64,000 nucleotides of DNA from Syntrophales bacterium (lineage in GTDB: Bacteria; Desulfobacterota; Syntrophia; Syntrophales; UBA2210). Below are positions 1 through 11,030 of the stretch, piece by piece. Below the pieces are notes generated by a model. The model was not told where the DNA came from. It ran no database searches and saw only the letters and a program-made list of their open reading frames with translations. The stretch lies in NCBI GenBank assembly GCA_963666365.2, contig CAXXNF010000002.1, positions 864,001-928,000 on the forward strand, written 5' to 3'. Each line of letters begins with the position of its first letter. The first letter of the stretch is position 1. The translations under genes were made by a program, and so were the position numbers.

Positions 1-1
1 G

Positions 2-1204
2 ACGGTATCAGCGATAAGAGGGATACTGCTTTTCCTAATCCTTTTTCTTACCGCTCCTCTGGTGGTCTCGTTCTTTAATTCACCCCAAGCCATGCTGGTA
101 ATAAAAGTTATTGCCGTATCTACGCTCCTTTCGGGATTTACAAACATCGGCATCATGTTTTTTCAGAAGGACCTGGAATTTAACAAACAATTCTTTTATG
201 AGCTTTCGGCAACTTTAGTTGATCTGACGGTTGCCGTCGCTCTGGCATTTATCATTCGAAATGTCTGGGCACTTGTCTGGGGTGGGCTCGCAGCAAATTT
301 CGTTCGGCTGGTCATGTCGTATATCCTTCACCCATACCGACCTCGCATCCGATTCAACAAAGTTGAATTTAAAGAGCTCTTTGGTTTCGGCAAATGGGTA
401 ATGGCATCGAGCATCCTGATCTTTCTCATCACCCAGGGAGATGATATTTTTGTCGGCAAAATGCTCGGGGTAACAGCACTGGGCCTCTACCAGATGGCCT
501 ACCTCATATCCAATATGCCGGCCACTGAAATAAGCCATATCATTTCCCAGGTGACATTTCCCGCCTACTCAAAGATGCAGGGTGATATCCCCAGATTGAA
601 AGCTGCGTATCTCGATGTACTGAAACTCACGGCCTTTATTTCGATACCTCTGGCAGGGGGAATATTCATTCTGGCTCCGGAATTCACCCTGATATTCCTC
701 GGGGCAAAATGGATGGCGATGGTGCCTGCAATCCAGATATTGGTTTTGGCGGGATTAGTAAGATCGATCCAGGCTACTACGGGGCCTGTATTTCTGGCTG
801 CTAACAGACCCAGAATTGAACCCCGGTTACAGACAGTGAGATTAGGGGTGTTGGTTGTTTTGATTTACCCACTCTCCGTCGAGTGGGGGATATTGGGAAC
901 ATCAGTTGCCTTATTTTTCAGCACTTTCGTATCTGCGGTGGAATTTGTGTTTATGGTCTTAAAGGTGACGAAGTGTGAATTGCGGTCATTTTTAAAAGTT
1001 ATCATTCTGCCGTTGATAAATGTTTTATTTATGATATTGATAATGCTATTTATAAAATTATGCACCCCATTACCCGGCATCTGGCAATTAGCCTTATCCA
1101 TCGGGATTGGAACGATAAGCTATCTTTTTGTAACATATATTTTTGATAGAGTCCTTAATTACGGAATGCAAAGATTAATAAAGGCATACTTCGTGCTACC
1201 CTGA
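2..1204 (+). CDS. Polysaccharide flippase (Wzx/MOP family), 5'-truncated by window edge
   Basis: Multi-TM protein; frame open from base 2; motifs 'FGFGKW', 'GDDIFVGKMLG..LGLYQMAY', 'SQVTFPAYS' typical of Wzx-like exporters; heads a glycosyltransferase run. Confidence 0.85.
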   Translation, partial: TVSAIRGILLFLILFLTAPLVVSFFNSPQAMLVIKVIAVSTLLSGFTNIGIMFFQKDLEFNKQFFYELSATLVDLTVAVALAFIIRNVWALVWGGLAANFVRLVMSYILHPYRPRIRFNKVEFKELFGFGKWVMASSILIFLITQGDDIFVGKMLGVTALGLYQMAYLISNMPATEISHIISQVTFPAYSKMQGDIPRLKAAYLDVLKLTAFISIPLAGGIFILAPEFTLIFLGAKWMAMVPAIQILVLAGLVRSIQATTGPVFLAANRPRIEPRLQTVRLGVLVVLIYPLSVEWGILGTSVALFFSTFVSAVEFVFMVLKVTKCELRSFLKVIILPLINVLFMILIMLFIKLCTPLPGIWQLALSIGIGTISYLFVTYIFDRVLNYGMQRLIKAYFVLP

Positions 1205-1260
1205 CTTTTATTTCAATATTTTTTAATTGCTTCTAAGCGGACGGTGAAAAACGGTTCAAA

Positions 1261-1965
1261 ATGGCAGAAACAGTCTTAGAAAGAATAATAGCAAGATTTT
1301 ATGAGAAGAACAGGGAACTCGAGAAACATTGGAGCAAGGAATATTTTTACCAGTATTGCTATGACGTACTATCGAAAAGAGAGAGTGTATTAGACCTCGG
1401 TTGTGGTAGCGGGAGTTTCCTAAAGCTGGGAGGCATAAATAGAATTACGGGGATTGATGCGAGCTATGAGAGTTTGAAGAAAGCCAGAAAAGTATCCGAT
1501 AGAATCGTGCGAGGAAACATCCTGGAACTACCTTTTTCGGATGCTTCATTTGACGGAATCAATTGTTCTCACGTTATCGAGCATTTTAACCCTGATGATG
1601 CCTATCGGTTGTTATTGGAAATGGACAGAGTTCTGAAAATAGGCGGTATGTTGGTAATCAGTACTCCTGTATTGTGGAGAGGTTTTTTTGATGATTTTAC
1701 TCATGTAAAACCTTACTATCCCGAAGCGATCATGCATTATTACGGCAGAGAAAAATTTCAAACGACGAAAAATACTATCGATTGTGTTTATGAAATCAGG
1801 GAAATCAAATGGCGATATACGAAAGCTCCGCTCAAGGCCCTCCTGCTTCCGGGAGGTGGTATCTTGAATACTTTATCGATGTTACTGACTGAATTTCTCG
1901 GCAATCGCGGGGTTGGTAAATACGTCAGAACCGGGTACACGATGATCTTAAAAAAAATACGATAA
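1261..1965 (+). CDS. Class I SAM-dependent methyltransferase
   Basis: 'VLDLGCGSG' SAM-binding motif I, 'LPFSDASFD', 'HVIEH', 'RVLKIGG'. Confidence 0.9.
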   Translation: MAETVLERIIARFYEKNRELEKHWSKEYFYQYCYDVLSKRESVLDLGCGSGSFLKLGGINRITGIDASYESLKKARKVSDRIVRGNILELPFSDASFDGINCSHVIEHFNPDDAYRLLLEMDRVLKIGGMLVISTPVLWRGFFDDFTHVKPYYPEAIMHYYGREKFQTTKNTIDCVYEIREIKWRYTKAPLKALLLPGGGILNTLSMLLTEFLGNRGVGKYVRTGYTMILKKIR

Positions 1966-2040
1966 GAGTGAAATGAGAAGTGCACCTTAACATTGACAGA
2001 ACCGGGAACTCTCCAATAGAATTATTCGGATAGAGAGTTT

Positions 2041-3300
2041 ATGAAAAAAGTACTCTTTGTCTGTCCAAGCTATCCTCCTGAAGGCGGAGGCGGCACCACA
2101 AGAGTTTTGAAATTCAGCAAATATCTTATTGATTACGGTTGGCAGTCCGTCATCGTAACCATGCAATCCAACGCCTCCGGAGTGTATGCCCCTTATTTGC
2201 TGGAAGAAGTCCCCGATGTTACCGAGGTGCATCATGTTGTTCCCGTGCGTGGGAACGTTACTTCTTCCTCAAATGTTGGGTCCTTTTCAAAGCGCTTCCT
2301 GACGGCGGTATTTAACCGGTTTATCTCGCCGTTTCTTGTCCCGGACAGGTATGTGGTAAGATTGCCTAAAGTCGTGATCAGCGCCGTAAATCTGATAAGA
2401 CGGAACAAGATACGAGTGTTTATCAGTTCATCTCCTTGCCATTCCATTCAGTTAGCCGGATATCTTATAAAAAAGATTACCGGGAAGGCCTGGGTGTTGG
2501 ATTTCCGGGACGGATGGATTGAGAATGTATTTATGAGGCCAAAGAATAAGGCAAAGTGTAAAATAGAGTATCTTCTCGAAGAACTATGCCTGCGAACCAG
2601 CGACAAGATTATTGTTACAACCGAGGAGCACAAAGAAAAGCTTCAACTCCTTTTCGGCGGTATTCCGACGCACAAGATTATGGTTATCACCAATGGGTAT
2701 GATGAGGAGGAATTCAGCGATATCTCCGAAAAGCAGAGAGACAAATTCTTAATGAGCTATATGGGGTCGATAGGATACAAGCGTATGCCAACGTTTTTCC
2801 TGGAATCTCTGATGGTGGCAATGCATGAAGATCCCCGCATTAAAAATGATCTGATCGTGAATTTCTATGGAGCGTCGTCTCACAGGGCAAAGGAGGAGGT
2901 GCTTCGATTGGGCCTGGAAGGAGTAGTACATCTGAATGATCAGGCGGAAAGAAAGAAAAGTATGAGCACGATGGTTAATTCCGACATACTGTTGGATTTT
3001 ATAACGGCAGACCGGGGGGCGGATCATATAGTCTCCGGCAAGTTGTTTGAATATCTCAGGGCGGGGAAAGTGATACTTGCATTCTGTGATGAAGGTCCGG
3101 AAGCGAGATTGATACGGAAGATGAATTCAGGTGTTGTCGTTACGACAAGGAATGTGGCTTCAGCCACGAGAATAATTTTAAAGTTATATAATGAATGGAA
3201 GCTTGGGGAATTACGTGTGGGCAGTAATACATCGGTAGTCGGACAATTTGAGAGAAAGGTATTAACCAAAAAACTGGCCGGCCTGCTGGATAGCCTTTAA
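2041..3300 (+). CDS. Glycosyltransferase family 4 (GT-B)
   Basis: 'SYPPEGGGG..R', 'DFRDGW', 'ITNGYD', 'SGKLFEYLRAGK'. Confidence 0.85.
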   Translation: MKKVLFVCPSYPPEGGGGTTRVLKFSKYLIDYGWQSVIVTMQSNASGVYAPYLLEEVPDVTEVHHVVPVRGNVTSSSNVGSFSKRFLTAVFNRFISPFLVPDRYVVRLPKVVISAVNLIRRNKIRVFISSSPCHSIQLAGYLIKKITGKAWVLDFRDGWIENVFMRPKNKAKCKIEYLLEELCLRTSDKIIVTTEEHKEKLQLLFGGIPTHKIMVITNGYDEEEFSDISEKQRDKFLMSYMGSIGYKRMPTFFLESLMVAMHEDPRIKNDLIVNFYGASSHRAKEEVLRLGLEGVVHLNDQAERKKSMSTMVNSDILLDFITADRGADHIVSGKLFEYLRAGKVILAFCDEGPEARLIRKMNSGVVVTTRNVASATRIILKLYNEWKLGELRVGSNTSVVGQFERKVLTKKLAGLLDSL

Positions 3301-3315
3301 GATATTGAGAAAAAC

Positions 3316-4260
3316 ATGGTCGATGTTTCCGTTGTCATTGTCAGCTGGAATGTGAAGAATCTGCTCAGAAACTGTCTGATCTCTCTTTACAGGGAGACAG
3401 AACGATTGTCTCTGGAGGTTTTTGTCGTGGATAATGCCTCATCAGACGGTTCGGCCGATATGATCCGGAAAGAATTTCCCCGCGTTAAACTGCTCGAGAA
3501 TAAGGAAAATGTGGGATTCAGCGGAGCAAACAATCAGGCGATGAGAATCAGTCAAGGCAGATACATCCTGTTATTGAATCCGGACACCGTTATCTTGGAC
3601 GGCGCTATAGAGACATTATACTCATTTATCGAGCAAAACCAAAATGTTGTGGCTGTCGGTCCAATGCTCCTGAATAGTGACGGAGGGACGATTCAATACG
3701 AGTGTGCCAGGAAAATGCTCACGCTATGGAACGAATTCTGTCTGCAGAGCGAGTTGAATCTCCACTTTAAGAGAAGCAGATTGTTTTCCTATATCAACAT
3801 GGATTATTGGGATCACAGAGATTCCAGACAGGTAGACCTGTTGAGCGGTGCCTGCATTCTGTGCCGGTACGGTGATCTCAATGAGATAGGACTGCTGGAT
3901 GAAAATTACTTTTTGTATGCCGACGACGTGGATCTCTGTTACAGGATCGGACAAAGAGGGATCATATACTATTTGGCAGATGCACAGATTATTCATTATG
4001 GCGGCGAAAGTAGCAAACAGGTGAATGAAGATTTATGGCTGGTGAGGGCTGAAAGCACGCGCCTGTTTTTTATGAAGAATAAGGGACGGTTGCAAGGCGT
4101 ATGCTATAAACCGCTAGTCGTGGTTGCCCAACTTGTCAGGATGGCCCTTATTCTGATCGCGTTTGTCTGGAAGCCGTCATCTCCGTTAAAGCAGAGGATT
4201 CTTCACTGCTGGAGACTGGTCCTGTGGGGGACAAGCTTAAAGAGATTGGCGGGCGTATAG
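3316..4260 (+). CDS. Glycosyltransferase family 2 (GT-A)
   Basis: 'VSVVIVSWN', 'VVDNASSDGS', 'LLNPD', 'GLLDENYFLYADDVDLC'. Confidence 0.9.
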   Translation: MVDVSVVIVSWNVKNLLRNCLISLYRETERLSLEVFVVDNASSDGSADMIRKEFPRVKLLENKENVGFSGANNQAMRISQGRYILLLNPDTVILDGAIETLYSFIEQNQNVVAVGPMLLNSDGGTIQYECARKMLTLWNEFCLQSELNLHFKRSRLFSYINMDYWDHRDSRQVDLLSGACILCRYGDLNEIGLLDENYFLYADDVDLCYRIGQRGIIYYLADAQIIHYGGESSKQVNEDLWLVRAESTRLFFMKNKGRLQGVCYKPLVVVAQLVRMALILIAFVWKPSSPLKQRILHCWRLVLWGTSLKRLAGV

Positions 4261-4333
4261 GCCGGTTTCGTTCCGGAATTTCAAGATATTCAGTTATCAT
4301 TTTTATGTCGTAGATGGACATGGTTGCAGACAA

Positions 4334-5560
4334 ATGAATATATGTTGTTTTTCCCGAGTCAACTACTGGCAGGGCATGCATGGCGGCATGGATGTCCATG
4401 GAAAGCTGCTGGCGCAGGGGTTGGCCGCTCGCGACCATCGTGTCGTTTTGTTATCGACCCGTCACCCGATCGGCAAAACCCGCGAAATAATTGATGGCGT
4501 AGAGATTTTTTATCTGCAAGACACCGTATTCGGGTCACGCCGCCGTGGCTGGCCGCAGGAAAGTGTCCGCGCATTCCGGACCATACACCGGCAAACCCCT
4601 TTCGATCTGGTCTGGAGTCAGAGCTTTGACGCTTCTGGTGTGATTCCTCTTCGCCGAAGAATGGATTCTCCGCCGCTCGTTCTCACACTTCACGGAAGTG
4701 TGGTGCAGGAGTTCTGGTCGGTTCGTGAGAATATGAAAAGCCTGGTGAAAAAGCCACCAGAACTGGCAAAGGCGCTGGCGGGATTGTTGTATTCCTATGC
4801 CGTAACTCAGCGGCCGCTGTTGCACTGCTCGGATGCAATGATTGCTGCGAGTTCGGTGGTGGTCCACGACATTGTCCGGTGGTTCGGAAAAGGGTTGTCG
4901 TCCAAATTCACCGTGGTGAACAATGGGGTCGATACCGGTCGATTCAAACCTGACGAAGAATTGCGTCAAAGGATCCGTGGCACTTATGGCGTAGGGGAAA
5001 ACGAATGCTTGGTGCTCAGTCTGGGGCGGATTACCGCGGCCAAGGGATATGAACTGGCGGTCGAATCCCTGCGCATACTTTTGCGAAACGGTGCGCGCGT
5101 GAGGCTGATGATAGCCGGTGACGGGCCGTTGCTCGATCAACTGAAACGATCCGTTCGTGAAAAAGGGATTGAAGACCACGTTATCTTCACCGGATTTGTT
5201 GAAAATGATCGGACCACCGGTCTTTATAATGCAGCAGATGTTTTCGTCATGCCGACACTCACCATTGAGGGTCTGCCGTTTGTCTTGCTGGAAGCCATGG
5301 CATGCGAAAAACCGGTCATCGCCTCCCGCCGGGGTGGCAACATGACGTTGATCAATGACCGTGAAAACGGGTTGTTCGTGGAACCCGGAGACATCGGTGA
5401 TCTGGTTGAAAAAATTGAAATCCTTATGAAAGACAGGGAACTGGCCGCGCGGTTAGCCGCCACCGCAAGGAAATTCATTCTCCGGGATTACAGTTTGGAG
5501 CAAATGATAAACCGATCCGCCGATATAATGGAAACGATTGCCGAACAGTGTCAGGTATAA
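4334..5560 (+). CDS. Glycosyltransferase family 4
   Basis: 'NGVDTGRF', 'EGLPFVLLEAMAC' (EX7E motif). Confidence 0.9.
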   Translation: MNICCFSRVNYWQGMHGGMDVHGKLLAQGLAARDHRVVLLSTRHPIGKTREIIDGVEIFYLQDTVFGSRRRGWPQESVRAFRTIHRQTPFDLVWSQSFDASGVIPLRRRMDSPPLVLTLHGSVVQEFWSVRENMKSLVKKPPELAKALAGLLYSYAVTQRPLLHCSDAMIAASSVVVHDIVRWFGKGLSSKFTVVNNGVDTGRFKPDEELRQRIRGTYGVGENECLVLSLGRITAAKGYELAVESLRILLRNGARVRLMIAGDGPLLDQLKRSVREKGIEDHVIFTGFVENDRTTGLYNAADVFVMPTLTIEGLPFVLLEAMACEKPVIASRRGGNMTLINDRENGLFVEPGDIGDLVEKIEILMKDRELAARLAATARKFILRDYSLEQMINRSADIMETIAEQCQV

Positions 5561-5561
5561 C

Positions 5562-6686
5562 ATGAACCGGGAAAAACTGAGAATACTGTATATCGCCGAT
5601 TCCACAAGCATCCACACGAAGCGATGGGTGGGATATTTTCGTGATGCCGGACATGACATATCGATTATCACGCTGGGAAAGAAGAGGGAACCCATCCCGG
5701 GCATAAGGCACCTTGCCAACTTCGATGCGTTTTATTACGGGTCTCCCTCCTTCATGCCGGTACTGCTTCAGACCCGCCGTATAATCCGGCGCGAGAATCC
5801 CGATATCGTCCACGGTCATTTTGTACACCAATACGGGTGGCTTGCCGCCTTATCTGGCCGCTGCCCGCTGGTTATTACCGCTTGGGGCACGGATATTCTG
5901 AGTCTCCCGGGATCGTCACGCATTAGGATAGGCAAGTTCTTAACAAAGTACACACTCAAAAAAGCGGATCTTCTGACGGGCACCTCTCATCATTTAAAAC
6001 GCGAGATGATCAGATTGGGAGCGCATGCCGATCGCACTCATGTCATTTTTTGGGGCGTCGACGTTGATCGTTTCAAGCCGGATGTCGATACCGCCGCTTT
6101 GAGGGAAAAATTGGGAATAGAACCGGATCAAGCGGTGATACTGAGCAATCGGAATCAGAGCTCACTGTACAACAACGATATCGTTGTTACAGCCATGTTT
6201 CATGTGCTGGGGAACTTTCCAAGGGCCGTCCTGGTTCTCCAGAACTCGGGGGGCGACTTGGAACCGCAACTCAAATCGCTGGTCCGTACATTAGGCATGG
6301 CGGATTCCGTCCGTTTTTTACCGCAGTTTGAGCATAGTAAACTGCCGGAGTTGTATGCCATGGCCGATATTTATGTGTCCGTGCCTTCATGGGATGCAGG
6401 GCCTGTTTCTCTCAAAGAATCAATGATATGCGGCGCGGTTCCCGTTATAAGTGATCTTCCCGGACCCCGTGAATGGGTTACCGATGAAATCAACGGCAGG
6501 GTCGTGCCTGTACGTGACACAGAAAAACTGGCGGGCGCCATAAAAGACTTGCTCTCGGACGAAATAAATCGTGCTCGCTTTTCTTCTGAAAACACTCGCC
6601 TGATAAGAGAGAACGCTTCGCATGACGATCAAATGAGAAAGATGGAATCGCTTTATCAGGAGATTGCAGAATATCGAAGGAGATAG
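5562..6686 (+). CDS. Glycosyltransferase family 4
   Basis: ATG 1 nt after upstream stop; 'TAWGTDIL', 'GVDVDRF', 'DAGPVSLKESMICG'. Confidence 0.85.
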   Translation: MNREKLRILYIADSTSIHTKRWVGYFRDAGHDISIITLGKKREPIPGIRHLANFDAFYYGSPSFMPVLLQTRRIIRRENPDIVHGHFVHQYGWLAALSGRCPLVITAWGTDILSLPGSSRIRIGKFLTKYTLKKADLLTGTSHHLKREMIRLGAHADRTHVIFWGVDVDRFKPDVDTAALREKLGIEPDQAVILSNRNQSSLYNNDIVVTAMFHVLGNFPRAVLVLQNSGGDLEPQLKSLVRTLGMADSVRFLPQFEHSKLPELYAMADIYVSVPSWDAGPVSLKESMICGAVPVISDLPGPREWVTDEINGRVVPVRDTEKLAGAIKDLLSDEINRARFSSENTRLIRENASHDDQMRKMESLYQEIAEYRRR

Positions 6687-6767
6687 ACCTTTACTGTTCC
6701 GGGAAGCACCGTATTATGCAAAGAAAAGCCGAATCGATGCTTGCAGGTACTGACACGGGAACAACCT

Positions 6768-7961
6768 ATGAAAGGAAACAGAATTTTCATTTTTGCCTAC
6801 TGGCATGACACGAGATGGAAGAAGTTTGTCGGTGCAACGGTTAAAGCGTGGGACCTCGCACTCAATATGGCGAGGCTTCGTCAAGATGTTGTCTTATTTC
6901 TTCCCAAATACGGTTTTCCGGCCGACAATGACTCTTTTCAATTGGTCCAGGTGCCGGTACTCAATTTTCCGCTTTTGCGTTCCTTATCCTTCAATCTCTT
7001 TTTAATAATGTTTCTTGTCCGTTATTGCAGGAGATGTAAACCCGATGTCGTTTATATCCGCAGGGGCATTTCGATCGTTCCGGCTCTGTTCGCCAGGCTC
7101 AAGAAAGCAGTATTGATTTACGAGGTCAATGACGATCCCTATCCCGATAACAGGGAAAAAACAACCGGTTTCGTTTCCCGCTTTTCTTGGCGGATTGCCG
7201 TGAAGACCGACGAAATAGTCCTTTCGCTGTGCGATGCCGCCTTTATCATCACAAAAGAGATTAAAAACAAGTTGATCCGGCATTTGCCTGAAATCAATCC
7301 GGGGAAACTTCACATTCTGCCTAGCGGCACTAACACGGAACTCTATCGCCCATTGAATAAAATGGAGTGCCGTCGCGTAACTGGGCTCGATCCCGAAGCA
7401 AGATACATAGGATTTATGGGAACGCTCCTGGATCACCAGGGAGTTGATGTTCTGATCGATGCCGCACCATCCGTTATTCAATCCATCCCTTCCGCTGTTT
7501 TTGTCGTGATCGGGGAGGGTCCCATGAAGGAGCAGTGGCGGAAAAGAGTTTGTGACCTGTCTCTTCAGAACAATTTTTTGTTTACCGGTGAAGTCGACTA
7601 CGAACAAACCCCCTTATGGATAAATGCCATGGATGTTTGCACGGCACCATTCCTACTTCAGGCAGGATTGCGGTCTCCCGTCAAGATTTTCGATTACCTG
7701 GCCTGCGGCAGGCCGGTTGTTGCGTCGAGAGTTCCGGGCACGACGGACATCTTCGACGGTTCCGGTGCCGTTAGGCTCGTGGAACCTGAAAACATAGAGA
7801 CTTTCGTTGAAGCTGTCACCTTTTTCCTGCTGAATGGCAGGGTATCGGAGGCGGCAGGAATGGAAGGAAGAAAGCTGGTCGAAACCCATTACGACCGAAA
7901 GAACCTGGCCGGTCGAATAAAAAAAGAGGCCATTAGATTACTGAAGGCCAAAGAGCGTTGA
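6768..7961 (+). CDS. Glycosyltransferase family 4
   Basis: 'SPVKIFDYLACGRPVVAS', 'IGEGP'; ATG at 6768 chosen over the upstream TTG. Confidence 0.85.
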   Translation: MKGNRIFIFAYWHDTRWKKFVGATVKAWDLALNMARLRQDVVLFLPKYGFPADNDSFQLVQVPVLNFPLLRSLSFNLFLIMFLVRYCRRCKPDVVYIRRGISIVPALFARLKKAVLIYEVNDDPYPDNREKTTGFVSRFSWRIAVKTDEIVLSLCDAAFIITKEIKNKLIRHLPEINPGKLHILPSGTNTELYRPLNKMECRRVTGLDPEARYIGFMGTLLDHQGVDVLIDAAPSVIQSIPSAVFVVIGEGPMKEQWRKRVCDLSLQNNFLFTGEVDYEQTPLWINAMDVCTAPFLLQAGLRSPVKIFDYLACGRPVVASRVPGTTDIFDGSGAVRLVEPENIETFVEAVTFFLLNGRVSEAAGMEGRKLVETHYDRKNLAGRIKKEAIRLLKAKER

Positions 7962-7991
7962 ACGTGATTTATTCCCGGGATATCGACGTTT

Positions 7992-9119
7992 ATGAAAAAA
8001 TCTTCTGAAATACGTGTGTTACACCTGATTGATTCCTCCGGCGTCGCCGGCGGAGAGCGCTATCTGTTCGACCTGATAAGGCATTCCGATCCTCTATTTG
8101 ATCATCACATTATTTTATCAACTGACGGTCCATTTGTCGGGATGCTGAAGGAGCATAACTGCCGATATACGTTGATCGATATGGAACCCAAATTTTCAGT
8201 CGATTCAATCCGGAGAATCAGAAAATACATTCGTGAGAATAAAATAGAAATCGTGCATACCCATAGCTACCGTTGTAATCTCTACGGCCGGTTGGCCTGT
8301 TTGTTTATGGGGGTTGTGAATCTAGCCACGGCACACGTTTCTCTTTACGATTATCTGGATACACCTCCTTTGGTGAGGCGCATTTATCTGATTGTCGAAA
8401 GAATCACATCTCTCATGGCTTCAAAATATATCTGCATATCCGCGGCAATGAGGGATGATCTTCGAAGAATGGGCATCAGCGATGAAAAACTGGTTGTCAT
8501 TCACAATGGAGTGGATCTTGATGCGTTTTACCCTCGCGCTCTCGACACAGTTCTTTTCGATGAACTGGGTATAGGCGACAATCGCCCCGTCATTGGAACA
8601 GTCGGACGAATGGTGACTGAGAAGGGACAGGTTCATCTGATTGATGCGTTACGACGTCTCGGCGCTCGATGGCCGCGTTTACGATGTCTCTTCATCGGTA
8701 CGGGGCCGCTTCTGGAGGAATTAAAAAAATATGCGAAAACATCGGGGCTCGCCGAAACCTGCATTTTCCCCGGCGTCCGCGCGGATATAGCCAATATTTA
8801 TTCTCTCATGGATATATTCGTCCTTCCCTCGATTCGAGAACCTTTCGGATTGGTGCTTCTGGAGGCAATGGCTTCCCGTGTGCCCATCATCGCCACGGCG
8901 TCCGGGGGTCCGCTGGAATTTATCAGGCCTTATTACAACGGTATACTTGTTTCTCCAGCAAATCCGGGAGAATTATCCTCCCAGATTGAATTTCTCCTGT
9001 CGCAACCCGTGCAATCCTCAGAAATGGCACAGCGCGGATATGAATCAGTCAAAGAAAAATACGGCATAAAGAATACCGTCAGTCAAGTATGTGACGTTTA
9101 TCTTTCATTTTTTAAGTAA
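7992..9119 (+). CDS. Glycosyltransferase family 4
   Basis: 'GVAGGER', 'HNGVD', 'GRMVTEKG', 'EPFGLVLLEAMAS'. Confidence 0.9.
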   Translation: MKKSSEIRVLHLIDSSGVAGGERYLFDLIRHSDPLFDHHIILSTDGPFVGMLKEHNCRYTLIDMEPKFSVDSIRRIRKYIRENKIEIVHTHSYRCNLYGRLACLFMGVVNLATAHVSLYDYLDTPPLVRRIYLIVERITSLMASKYICISAAMRDDLRRMGISDEKLVVIHNGVDLDAFYPRALDTVLFDELGIGDNRPVIGTVGRMVTEKGQVHLIDALRRLGARWPRLRCLFIGTGPLLEELKKYAKTSGLAETCIFPGVRADIANIYSLMDIFVLPSIREPFGLVLLEAMASRVPIIATASGGPLEFIRPYYNGILVSPANPGELSSQIEFLLSQPVQSSEMAQRGYESVKEKYGIKNTVSQVCDVYLSFFK

Positions 9120-9324
9120 AAAAGTTATTCTTGGAATACCTTTTATACTATGCTAATGCTTATGCTACACTTTTTGAGAATTGAGTTTTTTTGAAATTGC
9201 TGTAGTTTTAGTCTTGTTGCACAATTATTTGAAATGTTATGTGAATTTACATAGATCTTTTCGGTGGATAATTCTTATCGAGTCTTCTCTTCAAGTAATC
9301 GTAACAAATAAGCATTGTTCGATC

Positions 9325-9615
9325 ATGAAACAAAAGCGTAGACACAAAAAAATAAAGAGATCGAAACATCCTTTAAAAAACGAATGGAAGCAATTTCTTT
9401 TTGTTTTCGTCATATGCCTTGTAGTTGGTATTGCGTTTGCGTTTCTTACCGGCAAGATGCCGTCATTCCTTGACAGAACCATTCAAAAATACACAGATCG
9501 AATAGCGGCTGAACAAATCAAAGGATTCGAAAAAAAAGTGTTAAAAGAGGTAACAGGCGATAATCTTGATGTTGTCAAAAAGTACAAAGATGCGAAGACT
9601 GCCATTGACAACTAA
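9325..9615 (+). CDS. Small single-pass membrane protein (hypothetical)
   Basis: Basic N-terminus (MKQKRRHKKIKRSK), one hydrophobic helix, charged C-terminus; stop overlaps the convergent gene by 4 nt. Confidence 0.5.
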   Translation: MKQKRRHKKIKRSKHPLKNEWKQFLFVFVICLVVGIAFAFLTGKMPSFLDRTIQKYTDRIAAEQIKGFEKKVLKEVTGDNLDVVKKYKDAKTAIDN

Positions 9616-11030
9616 TTGTTTATCTTATTATTTGTATCACAGGCCTTCATATGATGCACCTTCCGTTCATCTGTCGCTATCGAAGGAATCATTATAACAA
9701 CAGCAGTCAAAAACCAGAACGGTTCCATGATTCTGACGATAATGAATGTATTGGAGCCTACGGCATGAGCAAGCAAGGCTACAAATCCAGCCAAAAATCC
9801 CAGAGCAAGTCCATTAAAGAGGGGTTCCGTCGTGTTCCGGTATACGTGTAAGCCGCTTTTAAAAATGGTAATGAGCAGCCATACGAAAACAGACAAACCG
9901 ATCATTCCAGTCTCCACAATAACTCTTGGAAACTGCGCATCAAGGAATCTATATCCCGTAATACCATAGCCAAAAAGGGGGTGCCTGATAAAATCATTTG
10001 TGAGTACATTCTTCCATGATCTCAGTCTGTCCGATGTTGAGGTATCGATTCGTATTCCGGCAATTTCAATCTGTTCCTTATGATATCGCTGCGTGACAGT
10101 AAAAAGCACCCTCTCTTTTACCGCCTTAGGCAAAGAAAATGGAGCGAGTAAAATTACTGCAATCAGTATCGCAACTAATGCCAGTTTTTTCTTTGAAAAT
10201 AGTATAAGTGCGATCAGCATCGGAATGACCGCAATCCACGAGCTTCTTGAAAGGGTAGCCAACAGAGAAATCACAATTAGCACAGCAAGCACTGCAAGGC
10301 TTTTTTTGTAGCCTGTTGATTCCGATGTAGCCAGCAATCCCAAAACGATAGACAACATGAATACGAGATATCCACCCAGGGTGTTCGGCTCGCCCGTTCC
10401 CCCTTCAAACGGCGCGGTGACCCTCCCGCCCGCGGGGATTTGCGTAATCGCAACGAGACACACGATGCCGCATACGATCAGCATAACAGCGACGAATCGT
10501 TCGATCTGCTTTCGCTCTTTCAGGTGGTTCACCACCATAAAGTAGACGATGTAATATTCAAAATATTTAAGAACAAAGAAAAAACCCGTGGCAATTTTGA
10601 CCCGCCCCATCATGAAGCCAAGCATAGTTGAAATGAGGCAGATAGAGATATACGCAGCGATCGGGACATTCAGGGGCGTTTTCAGAAACAGGCCCAGCTC
10701 TTTGTTGATGGCGGTTTTGAAAAACCAGCCGAAGCCGATGACAACCAAAAGTACGTCGTCAAAACGTATGGTAATTCCGCGGCTTGCTGTCGCACTGCCT
10801 CCCGCCAGGCTGCCGATCATGAATTCCGGGCTGAGAAGCATCGAAACGATGAGAATGTAGAGTGCAACTTCCACGTTAAGGAAGCTGACCACAGCGACCC
10901 CTATTACGGCAGTAAGTAGAAGCGAGGCCGTAATCGATGCCTTTGCGATGATGAATCCGCAAAAGGCGGCTAACAGTATAATTGAGAGTATGGGAACGGC
11001 TGTCCTGATGGTGCTGGTATTTCCCCTCAT
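9612..11030 (-). CDS. O-antigen ligase / Wzy polymerase family protein
   Basis: Multi-TM; 'EPNTLGGYL', 'TLSRSSW', 'HPLFGYG' Wzy_C-like motifs; follows wzc with 4-nt overlap. Confidence 0.8.
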   Translation of the reverse strand: MRGNTSTIRTAVPILSIILLAAFCGFIIAKASITASLLLTAVIGVAVVSFLNVEVALYILIVSMLLSPEFMIGSLAGGSATASRGITIRFDDVLLVVIGFGWFFKTAINKELGLFLKTPLNVPIAAYISICLISTMLGFMMGRVKIATGFFFVLKYFEYYIVYFMVVNHLKERKQIERFVAVMLIVCGIVCLVAITQIPAGGRVTAPFEGGTGEPNTLGGYLVFMLSIVLGLLATSESTGYKKSLAVLAVLIVISLLATLSRSSWIAVIPMLIALILFSKKKLALVAILIAVILLAPFSLPKAVKERVLFTVTQRYHKEQIEIAGIRIDTSTSDRLRSWKNVLTNDFIRHPLFGYGITGYRFLDAQFPRVIVETGMIGLSVFVWLLITIFKSGLHVYRNTTEPLFNGLALGFLAGFVALLAHAVGSNTFIIVRIMEPFWFLTAVVIMIPSIATDERKVHHMKACDTNNKINN

